Below are positions 50,181 through 60,488 of a DNA stretch of 64,000 nt, one piece after another. The notes under the pieces were generated by a model. The model was not told the origin of the DNA, ran no database searches, and saw nothing but the letters and a program-made list of their open reading frames with translations. Every line of letters starts with the position of its first letter. Position 1 is the stretch's first letter. Origin of the DNA: Minisyncoccota bacterium (GTDB taxonomy: Bacteria > Patescibacteriota > Microgenomatia > UBA1400 > PJMF01). The position numbers were made by a program, and so were the translations under genes. The stretch is taken from the NCBI GenBank assembly GCA_012515515.1, contig JAAYYE010000006.1, positions 252 to 64,251 of the forward strand. Reading direction: 5' to 3'.

Positions 50181-52697
50181 CTAACCAACTTCTGCCACCC
50201 GCAGAATCTCTTCAATGGTGGTAATTCCTTCTAATACCTTGATGTATCCATCTTGTTTCATTAAAGTCATGCCTTGTTGAATAGCGGTGGCTTCTATTTC
50301 ACTTGATGGTCGACGATTTAAAATTAAACTAGCAATTTCTGGAGAAGTCGGCATCACTTCAAAAATTCCAATTCGCCCTCGATATTCTGGCTCAGTGGCT
50401 GGTCGCTTACTACTTGGTCTAAAAAGGGTAATTTTATTTGGATCTTTACCTTTTTCTTTACACCAACGCTCAAAGTGAGGACCCAAGACTTTTTTGATAT
50501 CTTCGACCACCACCGGTTCTGGGGTGTATTCTTCTTTATATTTTTCATTAATTCTTCTCACCACACGCTGACCCATTGATAAAACAATTGATGAAGCCAA
50601 TAAAAATGGTTCAGCTTCCATATCCAATAAACGTGGTAGCGCACCTGCCGAGCTGTTAGTGTGCAGGGTAGAGAAGACCAAATGACCAGTTAAAGAAGCT
50701 TGTAGCGCTAGATCGGCAGTTTCATTATCTCGAATTTCTCCCACCATAATAATATCTGGATCTTGACGTAAAAATGAGCGCAAACCAGAAGCAAAAGTTA
50801 AGCCCGCTTTAGGATTGGTTTGCACCTGACTGACTCCTGCAATCTGGTATTCTACTGGATCTTCCAGGGTCATGATATTAACCCCCACCTTGTTAATAAT
50901 GTTCAAAATAGAATACAGAGTGGTAGTTTTACCAGAACCAGTTGGTCCGGTGATTAAAATAATCCCGTAGGGAATTTTGATGGCTTCTTTAACTTTTTGT
51001 AAACCAAGACCTATCAAACCTAAATCTTCCAAAGACGGCACGGTGGTATCTTTTTTCAAAAGACGCATCACTACCTTTTCGCCATTAACTGTTGGTAGGG
51101 TAGAGGTACGCAAGTCAATTTCTGCATTATTACTCCTATAATTAAAGCGTCCGTCTTGAGGTAATCTTTTTTCATCAATCTTTAAATTGGCCATAATTTT
51201 GATACGAGAAATAACCGCTTCATGAACATTCTGCGGTAAAATTAATTTTTCAACTAAAATTCCGTCAATACGATAACGAACTCGAGTCCGACCAACTTGC
51301 GGCTCAATATGCACATCAGAAGCAGAAGATTTGATGGCAAAATCTAAAATATTTTCCACAATGCGGTTGATGGGGGCATCTCGTAAAATTGCTCCGCTTT
51401 GTTTGTTTAATTCAACAGTTGCAGATCTTTGATCGTCTTGCTGAGTGGTGCTTTTTAGTGCCTCAGTGACTTCTGTAGATAAACTTTGCGCATAATATTC
51501 ATTAATCATCCGCACAATATCACTGTTTTCAGCAAAATAAGCCTGAATCTCATGATTAGTTTTTTGTTTTAAAAATTCAACCGCTGCTAGATCTAAAGGG
51601 TTAACCATGGCCACTTTTAAAGTGTTTTTTTGCTTATCAATGGCAAAAGGTAGGGCTTGGTAACGTTTGGCTATGCCCTCATCAAGCAAAGTTAAGGATT
51701 CAGGGTCAACGCCAATTGCTGATAATTTTATGTAAGGCACATTGCTAAATTCAGCCTTAGCCTGAGCGACATCTGTTTCTGTAACTAATTGCTTACTTAA
51801 AACCAATTCCTCATAACTAGTCCCTTGGCTTAAGTTTTCTTGACGCAACTCTTCGGCTTGCTCTGGTGAAATTTTCCCCTGATTAAGCAAAACATCAAAA
51901 AAAGAATTTGTTGCTACAAAATTGACAGTAGCCTGTGTGGGGATATTGGGGTGGGGAAGATCTGGTAAGGCCTGAGTTGGCAAAGTTGTTTCAGCCTCGC
52001 TATCATCCGCGGCTGGTGTTTCTTCAATATTGACTGGTGGAGTAATTGCTTCACTCGTTGGATCAATATCGTTTGACTGATCACTTGTTTCATCAGCCGC
52101 ACTAAGAGCTTGATCTGGTGATTCATCACTTAATTCTTCTGTCTGTGCCTCGTCCAAGTCAGCCACGCTCACGGGAATTGCTTGAGAAAAAATTGGCTCG
52201 GTAATGCCTAAATCATCTGGAGCGTCACTTGTTGGAATCGAATCTGTTGCTGGAATTGGATCCTGTGTTGGAATCACGTCCTGCGTTGGAATCACATCCT
52301 GTGCTGGAATTAGATCTGATGTTGGAATTGGATCAACGGTCGGAATCGCATCATGTACTGGCTCCGGCTCAATAGCTGGCAATGAATCAATAGACGGTAG
52401 CGAATCTACTGTTGAAAACTCAGTTGGGGCTGAACCGATATCTTGATCCACACTTGGCAGCGGATCTATCCTTGAAGTCGAATTCATAACAGGAGCCACA
52501 TTCTCATTAACAGCCACTTTATTACCGGCAATTAACAATTCTTGTGCCTCAGCATCCGACATCGCCTGATCACTGTCACCCAAGGAAGGTTGTATCTCTA
52601 AATCTTTAGCGATTTGATCTATTGTATGCTGCAAATCAGCATCAATTTGTACACTGGAATCGTCTGGTTGATTATTTTGGGCAGTTAACATAATCAC
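50181..52697 (-). CDS. pilB: Type IV pilus assembly ATPase PilB (GspE family) with a ~270-aa acidic, repeat-containing N-terminal extension
   Basis: GspE N-domain-like region, Walker A GPTGSGKTT, Walker B DPDIIMVGEIRD, His box. 838 aa versus ~570 aa typical; the N-terminal region carries DxIPT(Q/S) hexapeptide repeats. Confidence 0.88.
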   Translation of the reverse strand: MIMLTAQNNQPDDSSVQIDADLQHTIDQIAKDLEIQPSLGDSDQAMSDAEAQELLIAGNKVAVNENVAPVMNSTSRIDPLPSVDQDIGSAPTEFSTVDSLPSIDSLPAIEPEPVHDAIPTVDPIPTSDLIPAQDVIPTQDVIPTQDPIPATDSIPTSDAPDDLGITEPIFSQAIPVSVADLDEAQTEELSDESPDQALSAADETSDQSNDIDPTSEAITPPVNIEETPAADDSEAETTLPTQALPDLPHPNIPTQATVNFVATNSFFDVLLNQGKISPEQAEELRQENLSQGTSYEELVLSKQLVTETDVAQAKAEFSNVPYIKLSAIGVDPESLTLLDEGIAKRYQALPFAIDKQKNTLKVAMVNPLDLAAVEFLKQKTNHEIQAYFAENSDIVRMINEYYAQSLSTEVTEALKSTTQQDDQRSATVELNKQSGAILRDAPINRIVENILDFAIKSSASDVHIEPQVGRTRVRYRIDGILVEKLILPQNVHEAVISRIKIMANLKIDEKRLPQDGRFNYRSNNAEIDLRTSTLPTVNGEKVVMRLLKKDTTVPSLEDLGLIGLGLQKVKEAIKIPYGIILITGPTGSGKTTTLYSILNIINKVGVNIMTLEDPVEYQIAGVSQVQTNPKAGLTFASGLRSFLRQDPDIIMVGEIRDNETADLALQASLTGHLVFSTLHTNSSAGALPRLLDMEAEPFLLASSIVLSMGQRVVRRINEKYKEEYTPEPVVVEDIKKVLGPHFERWCKEKGKDPNKITLFRPSSKRPATEPEYRGRIGIFEVMPTSPEIASLILNRRPSSEIEATAIQQGMTLMKQDGYIKVLEGITTIEEILRVAEVG
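52204..52446 (-). repeat. Degenerate 18-bp tandem repeats inside the pilB 5' region, encoding (D/P)-x-I-P-T-x hexapeptide repeats
   Basis: DNA TGGAATCACGTCCTGCGT / TGGAATCACATCCTGTGC / TGGAATTAGATCTGATGT ... translated on the minus strand as AIPTVDPIPTSDLIPAQDVIPTQDVIPTQDPIPATDSIPTSD. Confidence 0.75.
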
Positions 52698-52721
52698 TTA
52701 CTCCTTTTATAATGCCATAAA

Positions 52722-53381
52722 ATGTCAAAATTTTATATAAGCGAAATTTTATATTTAGCCAAATTTACAGAGATAAATCGGGATAATGACGCTAAATTGG
52801 CAGATATTCAAGAATTAGTCCTCAAACACCTGCAAAATAAAGAACTGCAAGCAAGCATTAAAAAAGAGCAAATCCTCTGGTACAACACTCAGTTGGCTAA
52901 TTTTAAAATCGAATTAGTAAGAGAAATCATTAGAGAAACTCAATATGCTAATTGGGATAAACAAGGCCTGAGAGTCATTGTTTTGCTTAATTTCACCAGC
53001 GCTAGTTTGGCAGCACAAAATGCCTTGCTCAAATTAATTGAAGAACCGCCGGCAAATACTTTAATCATCTTGCCAGTTATCAGCGACAATCGCTTATTAA
53101 GCACTATCACTTCGCGCTGCAATTATTGTCAGATTGATAGCCAACATAGTCAAAAAAAAGCAAAAATTGAAGAAACTAGCTGGCCCAACGAGCCAACCGC
53201 CATCTTTCCGCTGATTGAGCAGCACAAAGATCGGGAAGCAGCTAAAGAATTAATCCAGAATTTGCTGAGACAAAAACTCAGTTATCGGCAAAAAAAAGCC
53301 TTAAGTCGCGCTTATTTGGATTTAGAAGCCAATGCTAATGTGCGTTTAACACTGGAACATTGCTTTCTCACAACTGATTAA
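52722..53381 (+). CDS. holB: DNA polymerase III delta'-like subunit, N-terminally shortened (no recognisable P-loop)
   Basis: Delta' core motifs ASLAAQNALLKLIEEPPANTLIIL and ITSRCNYCQID (SRC motif). The protein is only 219 aa, and only 24 nt separate it from the pilB start. Confidence 0.55.
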   Translation: MSKFYISEILYLAKFTEINRDNDAKLADIQELVLKHLQNKELQASIKKEQILWYNTQLANFKIELVREIIRETQYANWDKQGLRVIVLLNFTSASLAAQNALLKLIEEPPANTLIILPVISDNRLLSTITSRCNYCQIDSQHSQKKAKIEETSWPNEPTAIFPLIEQHKDREAAKELIQNLLRQKLSYRQKKALSRAYLDLEANANVRLTLEHCFLTTD

Positions 53382-53518
53382 TCCACTAAATACCAGACTA
53401 TTTAGCCTGGAGCCTTAGAAAAATTAGCGCTTAGAACGCCCAAAATCGGCTTTTTTCGACTCAGACATACTTTTTGAGCTTTATTTTATATAATAGATGT
53501 GGTACAAATAAAGGTCTT

Positions 53519-55576
53519 ATGGCAAGTCAGATAGATGTCAACAACTACCAAGCAGAACAAATTCGAGTCCTAGAGGGCCTAGAACCAGTAAGAAAACGTC
53601 CTGGAATGTATATCGGCTCAACTGATGCTAAAGGTCTTCATCACTTGGTTAAAGAAATTTTAGACAACTCAGTCGATGAGGCCATTGCTGGCTTTGGTCA
53701 AACAATTCAACTGTTCCGTGATCAAGCCACCGACCTACATCGAGAGTTGTTCCTAGCTCACAAAGCCAATAAAAAAATTCCTGCCGCTGAGAAAATCATT
53801 GGCGAAGAAACAATCACCGTCGTTGACAACGGTCGTGGTATTCCAGTCGCCCAACACGAATCTGGAGCTTCAGCCATGGAAGTCGTCATGACTAAATTAC
53901 ATGCAGGAGGCAAATTTGAAAGCAAAGCTTACAAGGTTTCCGGCGGTTTACATGGTATTGGCTTAAGTGCAGTCAATGCCTTGTCCTGCTTAATCCAGGT
54001 CGCAGTTAAACGCAACAACAAATACTATTACCAATATCATTCTCGAGGAATTCCAGCGGCTCCAGTGGCTGAAATTAGTGAAACAGAACTTATTGCTAAA
54101 TTTCCCCAACAAAGTCGCGACTTTGTTACTTATGAAAGCGGAACCATGGTGCAATTTATCTCTGATCCTCTGATTTTTAAACAAGCCACTTATCAACATA
54201 AAAACATTATTGAAATTGTCAAAGATCGAGCCTATTTAATGGCTGGCATCTATTTTCAACTTTTTGATCGAGTTAATAATCTCGAACAGCACTTTTATTT
54301 TGAAGGCGGCATTCGTTCTCTAGTTGAACACATTAATATGTCAAAAAAATCCTTACATCGGGTTTTTTATTTTAGTGACCAATGGGCTGATGAAGAAACA
54401 AAGAAAGAAATCGGTATTGAAGTCGCAGTCCAATACAATGATTCTTACAAAGAACATGTTGAAAGTTATGTTAATGTCATTAATACACCAGACGGAGGAA
54501 CCCATGTTCAAGGTTTTCGTCTCGCCCTAGGCCGAGTGATTCGCGATTATGCAGAGAAAAATGGTTTAATCAAAGAAAAAGAAAACTTCAATTCAGAAGA
54601 CCTCAAAGAAGGTTTAACTGCCGTCGTTTTTGTAAAAATGCCATCTAATGATTTGCAATTTGAATCACAAACAAAGGCAAAATTAAATAATGCCGAAGCT
54701 CAGTCTGCCGTTTATCGAGTTTTTAAGAAACATTTTGACACTTATTTAGAAGAACATCCAAAAGTTGGAAAAATTATCGTTGAAAAAGTCTTAATCTCTG
54801 CTCGCGCTCGCCTGGCGGCTCGCGCAGCCAAAGACGCCGTCATCCGCAAGGGCTTGCTTGAAGGCATGTCTTTGCCTGGAAAATTGGCTGATTGTCAATC
54901 CAATCGACCAGAAGAAAGTGAAATTTATATTGTTGAGGGAGATAGTGCGGGTGGCAGTGCCAAACAAGGCCGCGATCGGCGTTTTCAAGCAATTTTTCCT
55001 CTGCGTGGAAAAATCCTCAACACTGAGCGCGCACGGCTGGACCGCATTGTGTCTAGCGACGACTTAAAGAACTTAGTCATTGCCCTCGGTTGTGGCATTG
55101 GCGAAAGCTTTGATCAAGAAAAATTGCGCTATCATCGCATTATTTTGATGAACGATGCTGACGTTGATGGCGAACACATTACCACCTTAGGCTTAACTTT
55201 TTTCTTCCGCCATTTGCCAGAATTAATAGAAAAAGGCTATTTATATGTAGCTATGCCACCACTCTTTAAAATTACTTATAACAAAGAAGAAATCTATGTT
55301 TATGGCGAAGAAGAGCGAGATAGTGAAGTGCAAAAAATTGCTGCTAAAAATCCCAATGCCAAAATTAATATCCAACGCTACAAAGGTTTGGGAGAAATGA
55401 ATCCAGAACAACTCTGGAGCACCACCATGAATCCAGCCACTCGAGTCCTGAAAAAAATTGATGTTGAGGACGCAATCAAGGCTGACAGCACTTTTGAAGT
55501 GTTGATGGGTGATGAAGTTGCTCCTCGTAAAAAATTTATTCAGGGTCGCGCTAAATTAGCCAAATTAGATATATAA
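53519..55576 (+). CDS. gyrB: DNA gyrase subunit B
   Basis: GHKL ATPase N-terminus (VRKRPGMYIGST, ILDNSVDEA), Toprim (EGDSAGGSAKQGRDRRFQAI) and C-terminal tail. Start set at the ATG at 53519 (MASQID) with AAAGG 6 nt upstream; the track ORF starts at 53474. Confidence 0.93.
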   Translation: MASQIDVNNYQAEQIRVLEGLEPVRKRPGMYIGSTDAKGLHHLVKEILDNSVDEAIAGFGQTIQLFRDQATDLHRELFLAHKANKKIPAAEKIIGEETITVVDNGRGIPVAQHESGASAMEVVMTKLHAGGKFESKAYKVSGGLHGIGLSAVNALSCLIQVAVKRNNKYYYQYHSRGIPAAPVAEISETELIAKFPQQSRDFVTYESGTMVQFISDPLIFKQATYQHKNIIEIVKDRAYLMAGIYFQLFDRVNNLEQHFYFEGGIRSLVEHINMSKKSLHRVFYFSDQWADEETKKEIGIEVAVQYNDSYKEHVESYVNVINTPDGGTHVQGFRLALGRVIRDYAEKNGLIKEKENFNSEDLKEGLTAVVFVKMPSNDLQFESQTKAKLNNAEAQSAVYRVFKKHFDTYLEEHPKVGKIIVEKVLISARARLAARAAKDAVIRKGLLEGMSLPGKLADCQSNRPEESEIYIVEGDSAGGSAKQGRDRRFQAIFPLRGKILNTERARLDRIVSSDDLKNLVIALGCGIGESFDQEKLRYHRIILMNDADVDGEHITTLGLTFFFRHLPELIEKGYLYVAMPPLFKITYNKEEIYVYGEEERDSEVQKIAAKNPNAKINIQRYKGLGEMNPEQLWSTTMNPATRVLKKIDVEDAIKADSTFEVLMGDEVAPRKKFIQGRAKLAKLDI

Positions 55577-55583
55577 GGATCTT

Positions 55584-56537
55584 ATGAAAACTTACATCAT
55601 CGGCCATCTAAAACCAGATACAGATGCGGTTGTGTCAGCCATGGCTTTGGCTGAGTTTTATCAGCAGACTCCTAGTTTTTCTCGTCCGGCGGCGACAGCG
55701 GTGATCAGTGATCCAGTCAACAATGAAACTGCCTTTTTACTAGAAAAATTTGGCTTAGTTGCGCCACCAGTCATTAAGGCTAGCGACATTGATCCACAAG
55801 ATCAGATTGTTTTGGTTGATCACAATGAAATGGATCAGCGACTTGACGGCATGAATCAAGAGCAGATTGTAGAAATTGTTGATCACCACAAGGTTAATTT
55901 GTCTCTTGGCCAAGCAATTTTCTTAACTTTTAAACCCTGGGGTGCTTCCAGCACCATCGTTTATCATCTGATGAAAAAATACCAATTTAGGCCCAATCCT
56001 AATTTGGCTGGTTTAATGCTCTCGGCCATTCTTTCTGATACAGTTGGTTTTAAGTCAAGCACTTGCACCGAGCAAGATATTGAAACAGCCACAGAGTTGG
56101 CTGATATCGCTGGTATTAGTGATTTATCTGCCTTAACCCTAGAAATTTTTAAAGCCAAATCAGATCTTGGTCAAATGACTTGTGAAGAAATGGTAAAAAA
56201 TGACTACAAAATTTTTGAATTTTCTGGAAAGAAAGTATTGATAGATCAATTAGAAACTGTTGAGCAAGCCAAAATTATTAGTGAAAAAAAAGCCTGTTTG
56301 TTAGAAGCGATGGCTAAGGTTAAAAGCGCCCTGCAAGTCGATTTAATCTTTGTCGTTGTGTCCGATATCTTAGCCAGCAATAGCAAAATTCTATTACTTT
56401 CTCCTGTCGAGCAAAAACTGGCTGAATTAGCTTTTGCTGAGACTGCGACAGATCAAATTATCGATATTGGACCTAAACTATCCAGAAAAAAAGATATCGC
56501 TCCGGCTTTAGAAAAAGCCATACAAACTAATAAGTAA
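55584..56537 (+). CDS. ppaC: DHH-family Mn-dependent inorganic pyrophosphatase (family II PPase)
   Basis: GHLKPDTDAV, LVDHNE and DHH motifs plus a DHHA2-like C-terminal domain; 317 aa. Confidence 0.75.
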   Translation: MKTYIIGHLKPDTDAVVSAMALAEFYQQTPSFSRPAATAVISDPVNNETAFLLEKFGLVAPPVIKASDIDPQDQIVLVDHNEMDQRLDGMNQEQIVEIVDHHKVNLSLGQAIFLTFKPWGASSTIVYHLMKKYQFRPNPNLAGLMLSAILSDTVGFKSSTCTEQDIETATELADIAGISDLSALTLEIFKAKSDLGQMTCEEMVKNDYKIFEFSGKKVLIDQLETVEQAKIISEKKACLLEAMAKVKSALQVDLIFVVVSDILASNSKILLLSPVEQKLAELAFAETATDQIIDIGPKLSRKKDIAPALEKAIQTNK

Positions 56538-56558
56538 GATATCAAAAGATTAAACAAC

Positions 56559-59318
56559 ATGTCAGAAGAAACAGCAGCAGAGAAAAATCCAGAAATTACT
56601 AGTTCAACTAGCCATGACGATGTCGCCAATGACGACAGTATCGCCAACAACAGCAACGGCAACAATAACAATAATGGCACAGACAACAGCAATGGCAACG
56701 ATGATCCTAGCAGCAAATTTGGCACCATAGAACACACTGAATACGGTCAATTAAAGCACACTGATATCGTTGACGAAATGGAAAAATCTTATCTGGATTA
56801 CGCCATGAGCGTCATTGTTTCTCGAGCCCTGCCAGATGTAAGAGATGGCTTAAAACCAGTTCATCGTCGCATTCTTTATTCGATGTATCGATCTGGCATT
56901 CATTACAATACTCCCTATAAAAAATCAGCCAGAATTGTTGGTGATGTATTGGGCAAATATCACCCTCACGGTGATAGCGCTGTTTATATGGCACTCGTCC
57001 GCTTAGCTCAAGACTTCAATATGCGTTATCCTTTGGTTGATGGTCAAGGTAACTTTGGTTCCATTGATGGCGACAGTCCAGCAGCCATGCGTTATACCGA
57101 AGCTCGCAGTGCAAAAATTACTCAAGAATTACTAGCCGACATCAATAAAAATACTGTCGATTTTAGTGATAATTTTGATGGTTCACTCAAAGAACCAGTG
57201 GTTTTACCAAATCGCTTGCCTAATTTTTTACTGATGGGTTCTGAGGGTATTGCTGTGGGCATGGCCACTAAAATCCCACCTCACAACTTGACTGAAAGCT
57301 GTAATGCAGTGGCAGCGATGATAAAAAAAGGTAAATCCACTAGCGAAATAAGCATCAAGCTTGATGAAAAACAATTAAATTCAAATTCTGCCTGCATTGA
57401 CACTTTACTCACCAGCGAGCCTCGTCAACTAGCAGGTCGTTTTGAGAGTGACATTGATCACGATGAAATCATGACTCATATCAAGGGTCCAGATTTTCCC
57501 ACAGCCGGCATTATTTATGACACCAAAGCCATTAATGAAGCCTATCGCACAGGCAAAGGACGCATTGTCGTTCGAGGCAAAGCTAGTATTGAGGAAAGTA
57601 AGCGTGGCCAAATGGAAATTATTATCACCGAGTTGCCTTATCAGGTTAATAAAGCTCGTTTACTAATGAAAATTGCCGATTTAGTTCGAGATAAAAAAAT
57701 TCTTGGCATTAAAAATTTGCGCGATGATTCAGACCGAAATGGCATGCAAATTACCATTGAATTAAGAAAAGACGCTCGACCAAAAGTAGTTTTAAACAAA
57801 CTATTTAAGATGAGCGAGTTGCAAAGCAGTTTTTCACTCAACATGGTGGCTCTTAATAGCGAAGGCACACCTCAATTAATGACTCTCTTTCAAGTGCTGA
57901 AAGAATATATTGTTCATCGACAGCTAATTATTACCCGTCGTTCTCAAGCAGAACTCAGAGATGCTCGCGATCGAGCCCATATTCTTGAAGGACTATTAAT
58001 TGCCTTAGCCAACCTTGATGAGGTAATTGCCACCATCAGAAACAGCAGTGATACAGAAGTCGCTCATCAAGCTTTAATGAAAAAATTTGGTTTAAGTGAT
58101 CCGCAAGCCACAGCCATTTTAGAAATGCAACTGAAGCGTTTGGCAGCCTTAGAACGACAAAAAATTGAAGATGAACACAAAGCCATCCAAGAAACTATTA
58201 TCAATTTAATTCATCTACTCAGTGAACCTCAACAAATTTTACAATTACTGCTTAAAGAAAATCAGGAAATGATTGATCTTTACGGAGACGAACGCCGCAC
58301 CAAAGTCATTAAGGGCCGCGTTGGCGAATTTAATGAAGAAGATTTAGTGGCAGATGAAAATACCGTTATTACACTGACTGAAAGTGGTTATGTGAAGCGC
58401 TTGAGCCCAGATGCTTTTCGCTCTCAATCTCGCGGAGGAAAAGGGGCTAAAGGCCTCAACATGAAAGCTGAAGATGTCTTAATGTCGATTGTCACCTGTA
58501 CCACTCACGATCAATTATTTTTATTCACCAATCAGGGCCGAGTGTTTACTATGAAAGCTTTTGAAATCCCTGAAGCAACGCGGATTGCTAAAGGCACGGC
58601 CATTGTTAATTTACTCAATCTTAAACCAGAGGAAAAAGTGTTATCTATTGTGATTGTTAATGCAGAAAAAGATCAAGATAAATACATCACCTTGGCTACC
58701 AAAAAAGGTTTAGTCAAAAAAACTGCCGTCAAGCTCTACGACAACATCCGCCAAAATGGAATTGTGGCCATTACTCTCAACGAGGGCGATGAATTAGTCT
58801 GGGGCAAAGTCACCACGGGCAAAGATAATATTATGCTCATTACTCATGACGGTAAATCAATTCGCTTTAGTGAAACAGAAGTCAAGACTTCTCAACGCGA
58901 TACTAAAGGTGTGAAAGGCATCACGCTGAAGGCAGGAGATTATGTGATCGGGGTCGAAGTTTTTCGCGATGATCCAGAGATTTTTAAAGAACACAGCCTG
59001 ATGATTATTACTGCCAATGGCATGGGCAAACGCACTTTACTGGAACAATATCCAATGCAAAAAAGGTCGGGCATGGGAGTCAAAGTTTCCGAAATTACCA
59101 AGCGCACTGGTCCAGTGGCCGCTGCCAAACTAATTTCTGATCGACATGATGAAATTGTCATTAGCACTAAAACTGGCAAAGCCATTAAGATGCCAATCAG
59201 CAAAAAATCAATTCCAACACTTACCAGACCAACTCAGGGAGTAATTTTGATGAAGCTCGACGACAGTGATCAAATAGCTGCCGTAGCCCTCACTTTAGCA
59301 GAAAATGACAAAGCTTAA
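56559..59318 (+). CDS. gyrA: DNA gyrase subunit A with an Asn-rich N-terminal low-complexity extension
   Basis: [27 protein letters not shown] with the active-site Tyr region, GyrA-box-containing C-terminal beta-pinwheel repeats, and an N-terminal [19 protein letters not shown] run. Confidence 0.93.
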   Translation: MSEETAAEKNPEITSSTSHDDVANDDSIANNSNGNNNNNGTDNSNGNDDPSSKFGTIEHTEYGQLKHTDIVDEMEKSYLDYAMSVIVSRALPDVRDGLKPVHRRILYSMYRSGIHYNTPYKKSARIVGDVLGKYHPHGDSAVYMALVRLAQDFNMRYPLVDGQGNFGSIDGDSPAAMRYTEARSAKITQELLADINKNTVDFSDNFDGSLKEPVVLPNRLPNFLLMGSEGIAVGMATKIPPHNLTESCNAVAAMIKKGKSTSEISIKLDEKQLNSNSACIDTLLTSEPRQLAGRFESDIDHDEIMTHIKGPDFPTAGIIYDTKAINEAYRTGKGRIVVRGKASIEESKRGQMEIIITELPYQVNKARLLMKIADLVRDKKILGIKNLRDDSDRNGMQITIELRKDARPKVVLNKLFKMSELQSSFSLNMVALNSEGTPQLMTLFQVLKEYIVHRQLIITRRSQAELRDARDRAHILEGLLIALANLDEVIATIRNSSDTEVAHQALMKKFGLSDPQATAILEMQLKRLAALERQKIEDEHKAIQETIINLIHLLSEPQQILQLLLKENQEMIDLYGDERRTKVIKGRVGEFNEEDLVADENTVITLTESGYVKRLSPDAFRSQSRGGKGAKGLNMKAEDVLMSIVTCTTHDQLFLFTNQGRVFTMKAFEIPEATRIAKGTAIVNLLNLKPEEKVLSIVIVNAEKDQDKYITLATKKGLVKKTAVKLYDNIRQNGIVAITLNEGDELVWGKVTTGKDNIMLITHDGKSIRFSETEVKTSQRDTKGVKGITLKAGDYVIGVEVFRDDPEIFKEHSLMIITANGMGKRTLLEQYPMQKRSGMGVKVSEITKRTGPVAAAKLISDRHDEIVISTKTGKAIKMPISKKSIPTLTRPTQGVILMKLDDSDQIAAVALTLAENDKA

Positions 59319-59862
59319 GCTTAAACTCATCCGCCATGGTGAAAAAAAATTGTTCTTGCCTAATCCTGGCTTAACTGAATTAGGTAAAAATCAGGCAGAA
59401 GCTTTAGCCAAAAAACTAGCACTTGTCAACAAAGTAGAGCAGAGCAAAAAAATCCTACTCTTGGCCAGCCCTTTGCAACGCACTCAAGAAACAGCCGCTA
59501 TTATTGCCGAGCAAGTGCGTTTGCCAGTTGTAACTGATCAATTTCTAGCCTTTGATCAGCACATTGAGCCAAATCCTCAGGGAAAACAAGCCATTATTAA
59601 GCATTTTAGCGATTATTTTAAAAATTTAGGTCCAGAGATTGAGCAAAATTTAGGCCCAGAGATTGAAGAGGGAGAAATTTTAGCTGTCACTCACAGCCAA
59701 AACATCAAAAATTACTGGCAAGTCTTGGCTGGACCAGGTAAAGCCATTGTCGATGTCTACGAATGTGGGGTTTGGACAATTAATATTGAGGGTCAACTAG
59801 ATCAGACAAACAGTGAGATTAATCTTGATTTTGAGTGGACCGAAGGGGACTTGAACCCCTGA
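59305..59862 (+). CDS. Histidine phosphatase superfamily protein (phosphoglycerate-mutase-like)
   Basis: LIRHGEK catalytic RHG motif near the N-terminus and a His in the C-terminal part. The last 27 nt overlap the antisense tRNA-Ala. Confidence 0.6.
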   Translation: MTKLKLKLIRHGEKKLFLPNPGLTELGKNQAEALAKKLALVNKVEQSKKILLLASPLQRTQETAAIIAEQVRLPVVTDQFLAFDQHIEPNPQGKQAIIKHFSDYFKNLGPEIEQNLGPEIEEGEILAVTHSQNIKNYWQVLAGPGKAIVDVYECGVWTINIEGQLDQTNSEINLDFEWTEGDLNP

Positions 59863-59909
59863 CCTCTTCTATGCCATAGAAGCGCTCTAGCCAACTGAGC
59901 TATCGGCCC
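59836..59909 (-). tRNA. tRNA-Ala (anticodon GGC)
   Basis: Reverse complement folds as acceptor GGGCCGA/TCGGTCC with the G3:U70 Ala identity pair, D-arm GCTC-AGTTGGCTA-GAGC, anticodon stem CTTCT/AGAAG with loop ATGGCAT, T-arm AGGGG-TTCAAGT-CCCCT. Confidence 0.85.
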
Positions 59910-60488
59910 TTTTTTCTAACTTTTTGATTCTAACATTGATCGAAATAATTTAAAAGTAAGAGTCAAAACTGCATTTCTTAAATACTCATATATAGTTAAC
60001 AGTTGTTTGATATGGTTTAAAAAACAAATTGAGAATATTTGTTATATTAATATAGTTTTATTTATTTATTTTAATATTTTGATAGTGTTAATTTAAAATT
60101 AATAGCGAAATTAATTAGCTTTCTCTTTACTCACTTGCGAGCCTATATCACTACCAACATCTAAACTTAAACAATAAAATATTTTTTACTCTAAAAATTT
60201 ATTAAGAAAATTAAAAAAATAAATCAGTAGTTGTCTAAAAAACAAGCCCACTGCCTAAAAAAACAAGTCTGCGCCAATTTTTTTCCGCCCAAATCATTAT
60301 TAACACTTAGCAGTCAAAACAGCACTCTGCTAAAAGCAGCTTTTTAATCTATTTATTGATGAATCAAGCTATTTTTCAGTGTTTTTTTTAATTAATGATT
60401 TTTTTGCTAAATAATTTTTTTCGGCAAAAGGACGTTGCACTCGAGTAAACAAAAATCGGCTAGCACAGCTAAAGTTCGGCTAGCATGC

